Source of the DNA: Haplodiscus bocki
Lineage: Eukaryota
NCBI GenBank assembly: GCA_965655095.1
Contig: OZ296659.1
Span: 34,844,001 to 34,908,000, forward strand
Length of the DNA: 64,000 nt
Direction of reading: 5' to 3'
Numbering within the stretch: position 1 is the stretch's first letter; every line of letters starts with the position of its first letter. The position numbers and the translations under genes were made by a program. Shown here in pieces: positions 14,101-26,396 of this stretch. A model generated the notes under the pieces. It did not search any database and had not been told where the DNA came from. It saw only the letters and a list, made by a program, of their open reading frames with translations.

Positions 14101-17100
14101 CGTCACTTTTGGGTTTAATTTCTGATGACGTCAACAATGGAAGTGCGAAGTCATCGTTTGAATCAGAACTGTTGGTGGAGTATATTTTGGTGCATAGATC
14201 ACCGGTTGGATAAGCGAATAGTTCTGGATAAAATTTGACGTACGGAGCAATTTTCGTTTCGCCGTCATTGAGAAAAACGTTCGAAGGATATGGATAGCCA
14301 TCATCAGTTTCTTCCACATCAGGACTTGAATTTTCATCTAAAACAACAGCAGTTTTTCACGTATCTTGTGAACAAGACAATTGTTCATTATGTAGATTGG
14401 TTCTCTCGACAAAGAAACTTCAAATTGCAAAAAATCTTCAACAAATATTAAACATTTTGAGTAATTTGAAGATGAAGTCAATTCAGACAGCTGAAAATAA
14501 TCTTTTCTCGAATATATATGGGTACAAAAATTAAAAGAATGCTTCACCTGTTTCCGATTTTTCTTTCTCGGAATCTAAATGCTCTGGCCATGATAAGATA
14601 CCCTCAGTGCCTTGATTGATGGAATTTCCTACTCTAATCGTAGGTCTGTTCCAAACTCGGCCATTTGAGTTCCCTTCATCCGAAGCGCTACTCGTTCTTA
14701 TCACAGCTTCCGGTTTCAACACTTCGGGCACAATTTCAGTGTCACCTGTCAAAGTTTCTTCCAAAAAATTTCGGTTGAGAGTCATTTCTTTCGAGTCATT
14801 TTGGTCCGTGAAGACTTTATTTTCAAAACTTTTGGGGGACTCCAAGCTGCTTTCTCTCCCTTCAGACAGAACGTTTTCTATGCTTCCAGCTCTCTGCACT
14901 CCGAGAATTGATTCATTGAACTTTTCTACTTTGCAAGATTTGGAATCATTTTTCTCTTCCAAAGCACGGGAACTGCCATTTTGTTCTTCTTCATGGACAC
15001 TACCCAGCCCATTCACCTCATTGTTTGTAGCATGTTCGAAAACATCTATAGTGAGCTCATTATCAACAGCTGTGATCGAAATTGGATCAGAAACAACCTC
15101 ATCTTCAGAAGATATTTTTCTAGATCCGCTTGCAGCCGATTCTAAATTTTTAGTCTCCGCTACGAAGTCAATTATTTCCAAGTTTTCGTCGTTTTCAGTC
15201 AAACGTGAGGTGATAGTGGTTTCAAGATTGAAATTAGTCATAGGAAAAGATTCCTCGATTGGCTTGGTCAGCAGCGCATTCCGTTTCTCATCCAATTGTC
15301 GACGTCTTATCCTCCACAAAGCTCTCTGTTCTTTGAGCATCGCTTCTGCACCCAGTTCCTCATAATAGGCTATCAGTTCTTGTCTAAAACATATGGAATG
15401 TTCCCTGCGTTGCTAGAACATTACGATCAATAAACTTCAAACCTCTGCTTCACTTTACCGAGTCAACTTAAAAACGGCGGCAACGATTAACACGAAGTCA
15501 TTCAGTTGCAACAGGGGACAAATTTTTGAGTTAAAATTGAAAGTCGAAAGTAAATTGGGAAAGTTGCAATTCAATTAATACCCCGGCTCATAATTAATTT
15601 CATTTTGGCCTAATTGAATTAAATAGTTAACATCATCAACCTGGCTTGCTCTTCAAATGATTTCATGCGTTCCAACTCCGCCCTGTCTCTGGCCAGTCCC
15701 AGCTCAGTTAGTTCACCATCTTTTCTCTTTTCTTCAGCAACCTGATCACGCCTTCTCTGCAAATCTTTCTCCATTTCCTGTTTCAACTCCAACAACTCTG
15801 CAGCTCTTTTCACTCTCAAATCCTCATTATGCAATGCCACTCTTTCTAAACATGAACAAAAAAATTAGTTAACAGGGTTGTGGACTTTTGAAAAATTGAC
15901 CACAATGTTTGAATTGAATCAAATCTTTTCTTTTTTATACCCTTCGAACATTTGTAATCTAATTGCACATCTACACGACTAATAATAGCAAGTCAACTCT
16001 TAGTTTAAACTTCTGTACTCAAGGTTAGATTTCAATTTTGGACCAACTTTCTCACTTGTCCCCCCTCATTTAAATTTTATTGCTTTCGAATTTTTTGTAC
16101 AACAAAGGTTATGAGTTCCCACTGGCCCCAATCTTAACACATTATTTTCTAAAGTCGCAATAGTAGTTCTCTGACTGGCTAATTCTGTAAACTCCAGAGT
16201 TGCAACTCTCCTGATCTGAGCAACCATTTCCTGCTTTCTTCTTTCCTCCTCGTTTTCCTTAAAAGAAAACAGCTTCGCTAACACATTAAAAATGAAATAC
16301 GCGACATTCACAAGCATTTCATTTCGCTAGTCTCTTGGTAACTGGGATTGCATACTACGGCTTTTTAGACAATCACCCACCTTTTCCTCAGTGGCATCTT
16401 TTTCCGCCTGAATGAGTTTTTCCAGCTGTTTCGTATACCGGATACACTCATCTTCTATTTCCTGAACTTCTTGCCACTTGAAAGTCATCTTCAACGAAGG
16501 AGTTCGTAGAAAGTTGCTGACCAGGTAATGCTAAAGTAATCAATCTAACTCTTGATCGAAATAAAATTATTATACAGCTAAACAGTGGTGTCAATTTCTA
16601 CTTTCCATTTAAATAATTTAGTTGAATATAAATGGACATTTATAAACTCTGTCCTAAAAACTATTTAATTAGTTGATTCAGCAAGCCGCAGGAAGAAATT
16701 TTTCAAAAGAAAAAATGACAAATTTTTCCATTTTTCACGGATTTTCACACTTGCGAATCGAAAAAAGAAAAAATGATTTTGAAGGGGCCACGAAAACTAC
16801 TGATTAAACTACTACATAGAAATTTATTTAACTAAGTTGATTCTTATAAACTTATATACAAGTATAACAAGTACGAACGGATTTAGATGTTATTTCGCTT
16901 CATATTTGAAACAATAGCACAGGCTGGAAAGGAGGCCAGATGAACAAACTTTTGCAACTGAGCCAGAGCGCAAAATAAACTTTTGCAAGAAGAGAGCGCA
17001 TGAACAAAAACCTGGAAACATTAGAATCTAGGAACAAATCGAATAAAGTGGCAGAAGCCTTGACCTAACACTTGCTTGCGCAAGTGTAACACAGAAGCGA

Positions 17101-20100
17101 AGCAGAGCTCCGGAAAGCGGACAAAATAAATTCCGCTAGTTTTCCGAGAATTTGGAGCAGTACTAACCATAAATACCGGGGAAAAGTTACCGAAAAGAAT
17201 CAGAAAACTTTTGAGATTATCGAAACGAAATTCTAGATCAGTAAACAGCGGAAATTTTCCAGACTGTGTTAAAAACTAAGATTTTTGAAAGACTGCAAAG
17301 CTTTTCGACAGCAAGGCGGAGGACATTCCTTTAGGAAAAAAATTTGATTTCTATGAGATTTTTTATTCGAAAACCATACCAAACATAAGCGCCCTAGGGC
17401 ACCAGAAAGCTCCCACGAATGAGAAGGTGGATTACCTTACAGGGATTAGACTTGAGGATCTTGCAGCAGTCGCGCTTGCGTTTGACTTTTACATTAGCTT
17501 TCTCAATTTCCGCCCCAAAATTTCACGTGGTGGGGAAAAACGACAGATAACGCGGAATTAGCAAAAATTATTTTTAATCGAAAGATTAGCTAAATTTCGA
17601 AAATACGAAACTTACTTTCTTTGTAAAAATTTGAAATTTCGGCCAAAATAGTCGATAAATTCAGAAAAAGTCAATTTGGTGTAAACTTGCAAGAAACTAC
17701 TTCACGCAGAAAACATCTCTCCCAATAGAGAAAATAGATCGTTTTTACATCAATTTGACAATGAGAAAAAAAGCAAATATCAAGCGCAAAAAAAACTTTG
17801 GCAGAAATGGGATTCGAACCCAGGCAGTCTTGGTACCCAAGCACACATAGCTTCCGTTAATTTTAGCTAGCCCAAATTATCAATGACTTTGGCTAGAATC
17901 ATCCCACCATCATCCTGAGCTAGTTGTGAACAAAACGCGGGTCGACTGTAACAAGCTGGTGTATGGCCAGCTCAATGAGATTTCGAATATAAATCAACAA
18001 ATCCTGATTTTACGATTTTTCGAGCCAGTAAAGGATTCAAAGAAGCGATTTCCTGTAAGGTTCATGACTCAAAAATTTAGCAATTAAATTTTCTATATCA
18101 ACTGATTTCTTTTGAATCTACAGTACTGATTTTCTTTAAGTGAACTCCTGAGCGAAAATTAGGCAAGTCTGGAAGCCAATTACTCAAAGCACGGCAGTTT
18201 TACTAGTAAACAGCAATTTGGAGGCTGCTTACGCAAAGCACGACAGTTTCACAAGAAAATACAAGAGCAAAAGTTTCATCGATTGTTTAAAAGCTAGATA
18301 TTGCTTTTGTTTTTAAATTGGACCAGAAATCGAAGAGGCATGACAACTCCAATTTTGACTAAAATTGAGTTTTTTCTGAAGAAAAAACCCTACAAAAGAT
18401 AGATAAAACTGTTCAGTTAAATGTATTTAGCTTTGAATCTCGTTTAAAAAATTGATTCAAATATTTTGAAAAAATCAAAAATTCCACGCCTAAAAAGCAA
18501 AATCAAATCGCTAAACCCTATTTTAAAACATTTAAATTGCATTTGCGGCACCTAAAAACCGTCAATTCTCCAAGTAGGAAAATTTTCTATCCACGCTTTC
18601 GCGGGATTCATGGTGAATGTAATTAGTTGAAGAATTGAAAACAATTTTTTGTTTCAACTAGAGAAAGTTGTCTATTGAAATGGTGAAAATTTCCAAAAAA
18701 TTTCCAAAAAAAGCAAAACTACAATTCAAGAATTCGTGAATGGGACATTGGCGTTCGAAAGAATATCTGACAGTATCGGGATCGAACCTAGATCTTCATA
18801 GTAACTAAACTTTGGTGATTCTACCTACGCCAAAGCGAATGGCCACTAAGCGATTAAGTTTTAGAGTCATACAGGAATGTCTTTTAATAAATTGGTAGGA
18901 TGCCGCGGTAAATTTTGAAAAATTTGAAGCAGACAATTGAATTGAAGATTTTGCTCTACAATACAGTACTAGTCGCAAAATATTGAATAAGACTGGACAT
19001 TACTGCCTCTTGAAATATATACGAGGTAATAAAATTGTGAGAGAATTAATAAAACTATTTTTCGAAGTATACTATCACTGCTTGCATTTTGCCCCTTTAA
19101 CTTTGCGAATAGTTCCGCTCAACTATTAATAATTTTTGCCTCGCTTTTTGTGACTAATTTAGTCCCACAGTTTGAATGCCTATTATCAATCAGAACAGCT
19201 ATAGAATCATTTCTTCAAACCTGTGGTTGGCACAACTTCAACAAAAGGATAGTTTTGCCACACGCAAACATCTGCTCGACATGATCCCTAAGAAACAATG
19301 GCACATTTGATTTGTCATTGTTTATGTTGAGCGTGAAGCCTTTAGTCCAAAATTTTCTGCTCCGCCAATTGAGATACTCGGGCTCACAGTTGATCATAAA
19401 TTCTTCACAAGAACTGGAGTAGAACTGCTCATTGAGATTTCCGTGATAGATCCAGTTTTCAATCAGAGAGATGTAGGGTTGAGAACAGGTGGCGAGAATT
19501 TTCAGGACTGAGTCGTACCAAGGAGTTCCAACGTAGTCCAGGACTTTTCTGTAGATGTAGGATAGCAGAGCATGGCCTGTAAAATTGTGAACAAAAATTA
19601 CGAAACAATACGGTTAAAAATACAAATTACATTAAAACCGCTCTGTATTTTATTTACTTATAGCACTAAAGCCCCAAGAGAATAGTCCAAAAGTCAACGC
19701 TGGGACTTTTTTTTCGCATATTCTTCACTGAAACCCACCTTGATTTAAATGATGAATATAAGGTTTTCGGGCAATTACTGCTTCATCATTTTTCCTTTCT
19801 GCTATTACTGCTTGCATTTGTGGTTCAATGTTTTAAGAGTGAATTTTAAATTCCTCTAACCGCGAGGAGCAGCAGAGACAAACTGAAGAAGAAACATGAG
19901 CACATCTCGCATCTGTTTCGTCATAATGTGCAACTTCAATAAGCTCATTTTCTTTTCTGCCCGAACCCAACGATTTCCAACACCACCTAATCTCTTCAAT
20001 TCCATACTTCCACTTTCGAGCTCATGGCAATTTTCGGGCAGGAAAATTGATTCATATATTTTCACGACCAATGCATGAACAGTTTTCAAGTACTTGTTAA

Positions 20101-23100
20101 CTTCCAAGGCCAACTGCCCCACAAAAAATCCTCGCACGGTCTCGCTGAAAGTTGACAGTCTCTCGAAACAAGTTCCAGCATCTGCGAAGTCTTCTAGCAG
20201 AGATCGCAAGGATTGAGGACTCAGATCTTTAACTCTCAGATTTCTTTGTACCACAAAATCTGAGTCCGACTAAAACAAAGTGTACCTGCTGATTCGTATT
20301 TTAAAACGCCAAACTTTATTGGCAAGTACTTATAGAACCAAATTCAGTGTAGAAAATGATCGTTTTGGGCATTGATTGAAGTTCAATGATGACATGGGAT
20401 CGCTTGAATGTTCTGAACAGCATTCCAAAAAGAACCCGTTAAAAAGCTGAACGTTAACAGCCATAAACAGTATGAAGCTTTCTGTTCACCTTCAACGTCG
20501 AAAACTTAGTTCGGAGATTAGCGTAAAGATTATAGAAGCATAACATCAATACGATACGTGAAAATCTTGAAATATAATGAATGCAGTTGGAAAAGGATTG
20601 AAGACAATTTCAACTAAATTGAAAATCCATTCAAATCCTGCTGACTTGCTAAACTTAGCGCAAAAATTGAAGAAACACCTAGAAACTCTTATACATCAAA
20701 ACATTCCCTCTGCAGCGTTTCAAAAGTGATGATAACTCACAATTTGGAAGAGGAATGTAGAAGAGGACACTCCAATAAGGACTGAGAGACAATGTGAGAT
20801 GATGAGTTGTTCATCGACAAACACGCTCCCCGATTCTGAGTTTACTCTGATCATGTCAATACAACTCATTGCATCAGCTCCACGTTCGCTATCTGCTCTC
20901 CTAGTTCCAACTGTTGAGTGTCTTGAAATGTTCATAGAGTGATTGGAGTCGTTGATATAGTCCGTGGCAAAACAGTACTGCTGGGGATGACTGTTTCTAC
21001 CCGCGGAAAACAATCTTAAACAAAGCCCAGTGACAAACATAGGCAACAGTGCAGCAAAGCGCTTCGCAATTCAGCTCAATCAGTGTTTTGCTAACACATG
21101 ATACCAGAACAAACAAACGATAAAAGCACCAAAAGTACCGTACACTATTACCAGAAAAGGCATGGTTCAATACACCAAATACAAGACAAGACGGCCGGCT
21201 AGCACCGGCATATTTTTCGCGTAACTACAAAGATTTTGATCAACTTTTGCAAACGGTTAAAAACAAAACTACTGTTTTGAATTCATTTTCCAAAGAGTTT
21301 TTGCAAACATCAATTCCACCACTGATTCTGTACTTTATGCAAAAGGGTATCACGATTTTCCATCGAAAAATTTTTTGTCTCGCAGTGCCGAAAAACTTCG
21401 CAGGGAAACCCTTCTATGCTGTGTTTCAGAAAATTTCTAGTAGCGAAAAAGTTTATGGATAAGAGGGGGGATCACGATTTTCCGCCGAAAATTTTTTGTC
21501 TCACAGTGCCGAAAAATTTCGTAGGGGAACCCTTTAGTGTGTCACTAGTTTCGGTCATCGAAAAAATTTATGCTTCAGAGGGTTATGTCACGATTATCTG
21601 TCGAATTTTTTTTGTCTCAGTGCCGAAAAATTTCGTGGGCATCCCGGGCATCCCTTCAATGTTTGGGGTATCGAAAAGTTTTATGCATACTAGGGGGTAT
21701 CACAATTTTCCCTCGAAATTTTTTTGTCACAGTGCCGAAAAACATCGTAAAGGAACCCTTTAGTGTTTCACTAATTTCGGGCATCAAAAAATGCTAATGG
21801 TAAATCGTAAAAATATTTTGCACGACAGAGACTCGATCCCTTAGCCTACTGCTTGAGAACGCTGTTGTCCTAACCCTACTGCTGTCATTTACTTTTGAAT
21901 AAAAAGAGTTGGCAGTTTTGCACTGAAAAAAAAACGACCCGACCTACTGAATGAATAATTTTTCTTGTATATTTCATATACGGCGAAAAATAATAAAACT
22001 GGTCGGCAAACCAGACCATTAGATACTAGAGGATACTCCCCCATTCGCAAGTTTTTGTTGAAATTTTCTGATTTCCGTAATCATGCCCGGAAACATCGTC
22101 ACCTGATCACATAAAACATTCTCTGTTTTCTCCGGGGACACACACCGTTAACCTCAAGGAATTAACAATCCAAGTTTATAAACACATTTTTCATACACGG
22201 ATACCAGAAAAATACCGAATGATTGTAAACATACAGGATTACCGCATGCGATCTCGTTCTCATCGCACGCTATCTTCATCTTTTCAGTACCGTCCATTAC
22301 ATTTTTGAGGAATTGCAGTGCTTGTCAGATATTTACTGTGACCATTCTAGGTCTGTATATAACTTTCATGCAATCAGGAACTAGAATTTTGCGGCTTTTG
22401 GTATCCTAAGGAAAATAATAAACGAGTACGGATATCTCTAACTCCGGTGAAATTAATAAAAGGGAGGGCCCGGGTAGTGATTAAAGAGTAAACAAGACGG
22501 GAACGGCTCTAAGCGGCACCGCTTGCAGGTTTTGAGCTGCTTTTCAGAAAATGCTGAGGAATTAAGAACGAAATGCATTGTTGCAGTGCAGCCCAGTGAA
22601 GGTGAGCAGGAAAGGCAGTGGAAAGGGGCTAATCAGCCACTCGACCAATCAAATCTCTCAATGGAAGCGGTTCGGAAAAAAACGAAAAGTCATGCCAATA
22701 GTGTTTACACGCGTGCACTAAAAATAGCAAGTCCCTTCTAATAAGAACATCCTAGTATTTTTTCAGCACTTGAAATTCGAATGAGTATCACAAAATGGAA
22801 CAAATTTTCACCAAACAGTCACTTTTTGCTATTTTTAATGCAAAATTTCTAATGCAGACGCTCTATTGCATTATAAAGCTGTACATTACAACATTTAGTT
22901 TTAGTTTGCGCTGTTATTCCGCAGTAGCGTAATGTTTACTTTTAGACCCACCTTTCTCATCAACACCAAAATCTTGTCCGAGATATTTTGATCATTTGCT
23001 GGACCCTGCTCTTTTCCCCCTCTATAATTCGGAAATCCCGAGTATCTGTTAACTATAAAGATGTAGGTTAGTTTGAAATGATGTCGTTGGGTGAGATAAT

Positions 23101-26100
23101 CGAGGGAATTATATATTCGGTAATAAATTATCATACTTTGGCAGATGAAAAGTTCTAATTTACTACTTGGAAGGTTGCCAAAAAATCACGGCACGAATCA
23201 GGAATTGCATAGAGCTTGCTACTTTTTTGAGATGCAAAACTCCGGTTTGCAATAAGTACCGTTTTCAGAACTGAAAATATTTATTTTGTTTTGCCATATT
23301 TCAATATGCGTAGAAAATCGTTCACTCAACACTTAGTTTTTTTACGTCTACTTGCTAATTCATCATTCTTGCGATATTATGAGTTTGAAAAAGTTTGGAT
23401 TTTTTTAATGACCAAGTTTCAGCAAATTTGCGGTAGAATGCGAATGAAATAGTAGGGTTTCTCAAGAACGAACGAAAATCGGGTTCAGTGAAAAAAAACG
23501 ATTTTTCACAAATTAGGAAAAAGCAGCAAATTTGATATAGAATGCTTATAAAATGGTAGTATTACATACAAATGCCCTTTTCCGATCAAAATTTCAGGTT
23601 TTTGAAAAAATCCGAAACTTTTTAAAATTGCGGAAAATTAGCCAATTTGATATAGACGCATGTAAAAGGATAAATTTTCCTCAAAATGAATTTTATCGAA
23701 GTTGGAAAGCGGAAAATATCCCAGTGATAGCCGGGTGTTTTGTTCTGTTTTATAATGAAGACAAATAAAGCAAAGTTTTGCCCCGAATCAGAGTAACCAC
23801 GATGCAACATCTGTTCAAACTTGTAAGGGGACAAAAAATACTCTGCTCAATGTTTGGGTTCCAAATGCATTGAAGTTGAGAACTTACCTACCAAAATAGT
23901 CCCAACTTCTACTGGGTCTGCTAGCGTCATCCCAAGAAGACTCTTGCATCTGCACTCTCAAACGATCCCAAACATCTACCCTGTGAATCTGTTCATTTTC
24001 CTCACGCCACTCATACTCATATGCAACAAGTCCATTTTTCGAGTTGAAGTACAAGAGTTCATCCGTTCCACTTTCCTCAGAAAAACCCTCGTCAACCTGA
24101 ACACATTTCAGCTTCTAAAAAGTGAGTGATTTGAGTTTTAAATCACTTGAGGATCAGATTAACAACATAAAAACGGCACTTCAAAAAATAATTTGTCTGT
24201 ACATATAAGTTCTCTCGTCGCTTCGCCACACTACAAGAGGACAGATGATTTTTGATCGAAGCCTAAAAGGCATTACCAGGGGCATTTTACTAGACGAAGA
24301 AGAGAGAATATTGAGAAGCCTCTGGTCTTTGGATTAAAAATTCCATCTCCTAATGTTCTTTGATTTTGGTAGATATTTCCATGAGACTTCACTATTTTTA
24401 CGAGACGTATTAGATACATAACGAAGGATTTGTACGAATATCACTTCTGTTAATTTTCAAAGAAGGATATTCTGATGTAATGTTATGCCAGCAGATGCTG
24501 ACGTCAACTATTCGAACTACTAACATCTACAGCTGATGTGTGAGCAGTAGCAGAATTTTGCCAGTCAGGTAACATTCTTCCAAACTGATAAACCCTCTCT
24601 TCAGATCTATCAGGAATCGCAGACGGGGGTCTCGAAGTTGAAGCACCAATGCTCATGGGGTTGTGAGTTGAGGGAGTGAAAAATTGAGTGAAACGTCGTT
24701 TCTAAGAAAACTCTATCTTTACAGGTGGTTACATAAATTTCCAAGAAGTGAAAGAAAATGAAAATCTCACACAAATGATCACAACTTACGCTGGCTGCGT
24801 CAAACCTAAAGCATAATTTGACTTCAATCGCAAAATTCTAGATAATTACCTCATTTGCCAATGCTGAATTTTTCTTTTGGCTCACCCTAGATGAGCAGAA
24901 ATACATATCTTGCAAGATTAGTGCAGAAAATATTATTTCTTGCAAGAATCCTGCAGACAACGTAATTCTAGCAAGAATCCTGCAGACAACGTAATTCTAG
25001 CAAGAATCCTGCAGACAACGTAATTCTTGCAAAAAAACGCATTACATGTAAAAAAATCTTTAAAGATTGGTAATTGTTTGGAAGATCTTGCAAGATTCTG
25101 TAACAATAATGCCTTATATTTCCAGATTTTGTAAGGATCTTGAAAGAAATGCATTTCGTCACAACTAGGGTAGTCTTTTCAGTTGACAATGAGATCTATT
25201 TATTCAGTGATTTGGTTGCAGCGGGTATGATTTACGCAAAAAGCAAGATCCCAGGACAGTATTTAGGCCTCACACTAAATTAAGCACTGAAAATGCATTG
25301 ACAAAACCAAAAGACTAATTCCTGAAAAGTTTGTCGCTTCAAGATTTTTGAACAAAACGCGGACAGCTCAAAGCCGGCGTTGCACGTCTATTCTGCTAAT
25401 TGTAACGTATAACAATAGCCGTATCTCGTTTTTCCGAAACAGAGAAAAATGGTTTTAACAAATCATTGTTATAGCCAAATATATTTTTTGCATGAGCACC
25501 GACAAAAAAAATATCGTAAAAAATTTGAATCACTAACATTCTGTGTTGGCTGCCATCAGGGACATCATCAACTTCAAAGAATCTTTTAAGGGTCGATGTT
25601 TTCGCTACTCTATCTCGCAAAAGGGCTTGCGACACTTGCACTGGAGTTAAACTGTCTGCATTCGGAACTGAATCAGCTCCATTTTGAAGGCTAGCCAAAA
25701 AATGTAACCAGAGAACAGCTCTTGAACAACCTTCAACAAAGACAGAAAGTCTACACGGCAAATAATTGTTTTAGCACATAAATGTCATTCTAACATAGTA
25801 TATCACTTAGGATTTCATTCTAGCGTCTTACCAAAAACAAGTATTCTGACGTGAAGCTTTTACTCAGAAAGTTCCATTCAATGCTTAAGTACTCCGAAAA
25901 CAATCAAGAAACAGTCATTGACAACTTTCGTTGACTATCAAAATTTACGGCCTAAGAAGGATAAGGAATTTAAATTTCGATTCAAGGCCAAGTTATTCTT
26001 CATTCTATTACCTGCTTTCGACTCGAGTTGCTTCACCAAGCCTGATAAAAGCTCCAGAAACAGCTTCCGTTCTTCGCGTACCGGACAGGTGAACGCACTT

Positions 26101-26396
26101 TCGAACACAAGTTTTTCAATTGATTTCTCTTTCTCCTCACGCTTCCTGTTCGTCACAGTTCCAGAATCTAACTTTGGGTCCCGTTTTCGTTTCAAATCCA
26201 GCAAAGTATCAAACGCTGAAAACTTTAGTTTCTTGCAAACTTCATTCTCACGTCTTTCAAAAATGTCCTCCTCTGCCCACAGTCGAAAAGGCACCACGGT
26301 TGTAGACGCATACCCTCCGCAGCCGTTGGATACGAAAACACGGGCTAATTTGTCAAACAATTCAAGGAACGAGGTCTCGCCCACTCCAACTGACAT
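11040..26396 (-). CDS. TUBGCP6: Gamma-tubulin complex component 6 (GCP6), multi-exon gene, ~1600 aa
   Basis: Translated exons match recalled GCP6 hallmarks in order: N-terminal SFLELFDKL...KKLKFSAFDTLL; DEGF...VWD...RSWDYFG; GRIP1 (SVLIGVSSSTF, GTCFERLSTFS, LLSYIY, PYISLIENWIYHG, VPLFLR...GKTILLLKLC); coiled coil (RQELIAYY...QRALWRIRR); GRIP2 (HFEALRRTLLLADPEFA, YRVNWPLNVII, YIKIFHLLLSL); C-terminus GYQPHLQNLLLKLDFNGYF*. Inferred exons: 26012-26396, 25538-~25750, 24790-24805, 24525-24701, 23888-24114, 22952-23045, 20741-~21000, 19861-20269, 19221-19576, 16381-16530, ~16140-16257, 15641-15845, 14548-15383, 13962-14337, 13198-13565, 12506-12890, 11872-12071, 11040-11128. Most GT-AG junctions are phase-compatible; three are uncertain (~). 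Confidence 0.93.
11872..12071 (-). CDS. TUBGCP6: GCP6 exon, GRIP2
   Basis: RAMLNEKASKVLKII...FQNHSKFL. Confidence 0.9.
12506..12890 (-). CDS. TUBGCP6: GCP6 exon, GRIP2
   Basis: LLYRVNWPLNVIIS...YIKIFHLLLSL...HANYLNTMICR. Confidence 0.93.
13198..13565 (-). CDS. TUBGCP6: GCP6 exon, GRIP2
   Basis: LFFIDHQLWFHFEALRRTLLLADPEFAHGF. Confidence 0.92.
13962..14337 (-). CDS. TUBGCP6: GCP6 exon
   Basis: Ends LPLAVLMKRLIVQPLEKQ, the typical pre-GRIP2 segment. Confidence 0.9.
14548..15383 (-). CDS. TUBGCP6: GCP6 insertion-domain exon
   Basis: RQELIAYYEELGAEA...QRALWRIRR followed by an acidic, disordered region; phase-compatible sites. Confidence 0.9.
15641..15845 (-). CDS. TUBGCP6: GCP6 coiled-coil exon
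   Basis: ELKQEMEKDLQRRRDQVAEE...EEQAR. Confidence 0.85.
16140..16257 (-). CDS. TUBGCP6: GCP6 coiled-coil exon
   Basis: ENEEERRKQEMVAQIRR; donor position uncertain. Confidence 0.65.
16381..16530 (-). CDS. TUBGCP6: GCP6 exon
   Basis: TTTAG|HYLVSNFLRTPSLKMTF...; AAG|GTGGGT donor. Confidence 0.85.
19221..19576 (-). CDS. TUBGCP6: GCP6 exon, GRIP1
   Basis: GHALLSYIY...PYISLIENWIYHG...EFMI...VPLFL...CGKTILLLKLC. Confidence 0.92.
19861..20269 (-). CDS. TUBGCP6: GCP6 exon, GRIP1
   Basis: FVVQRNLRVKDLSPQSLRSLLEDFADAGTCFERLSTFS; canonical splice sites. Confidence 0.9.
20741..21000 (-). CDS. TUBGCP6: GCP6 exon, start of GRIP1
   Basis: VFVDEQLIISHCLSVLIGVSSSTFLF; GTGAGT donor; acceptor uncertain. Confidence 0.8.
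21186..21995. mobile_element. Repeat element with a terminal GCCGG hairpin, four ~118-bp tandem units and a tRNA-like remnant (in a GCP6 intron)
   Basis: ACAAGACGGCCGGCTAGCACCGGC terminus (related termini at ~11373 and, inverted, ~23720); units GGGTATCACGATTTTCC...GTCTCACAGTGCCGAAAAA at ~21345, 21466, 21580 and 21694. Confidence 0.7.
22952..23045 (-). CDS. TUBGCP6: GCP6 exon
   Basis: AACAG acceptor is phase-compatible with the previous exon; AAG|GTGGGT donor. Confidence 0.65.
23888..24114 (-). CDS. TUBGCP6: GCP6 exon (DEGF...WD...RSWDYFG)
   Basis: TTTTAG acceptor, GTAAGT donor, conserved GCP6 N-terminal extension motifs. Confidence 0.85.
24525..24701 (-). CDS. TUBGCP6: GCP6 exon (low-conservation linker)
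   Basis: TTTTCTTAG acceptor, open frame KRRFTQFF...SAVD, GTTAGT donor. Confidence 0.55.
24790..24805 (-). CDS. TUBGCP6: Candidate 16-nt GCP6 microexon
   Basis: TTTAG|GTTTGACGCAGCCAGC|GTAAGT; converts phase 2 to phase 0 and keeps the frame open. Confidence 0.6.
24885..25170. mobile_element. MITE-like element with ~35-bp imperfect TIRs and three internal 29-bp tandem repeats
   Basis: CCCTAG...CTAGGG termini; GCAAGAATCCTGCAGACAACGTAATTCTA x3 at 24942-25028. Confidence 0.7.
25538..25750 (-). CDS. TUBGCP6: GCP6 exon 2
   Basis: AVLWLHFLASL resembles the GCP6 VLDLLVQLA helix; donor GTTAGT; acceptor ambiguous (25750 or 25730). Confidence 0.7.
26012..26396 (-). CDS. TUBGCP6: GCP6 first coding exon (N-terminal helical domain)
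   Basis: ATG at 26396; MSVGVGETSFLELFDKLARVF resembles GCP6 MASITQLFDDL; donor GCAG|GTAATA after 26012. Confidence 0.85.

Noticed and set aside
14616-15365. 249-aa plus-strand ORF (also 25918-26439 and 47895-48278)
   Set aside because: These are antisense shadows of real minus-strand coding sequence.
21247-21797. Overlapping plus-strand ORFs with repeated VPKNF motifs
   Set aside because: They are a by-product of the 118-bp tandem repeat.
22242-22405. Possible extra GCP6 exon with an in-frame TGA (similar cases at ~10730 and ~38100), hinting at TGA recoding
   Set aside because: Conserved exons use TGG for Trp and contain no TGA, GCP6 homology is continuous without this segment, and no SECIS was recognised.
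24942-25028. 29-bp direct repeats resembling a CRISPR array
   Set aside because: The repeats are contiguous with no spacers, lie inside a MITE in a eukaryotic intron, and no cas genes are present.
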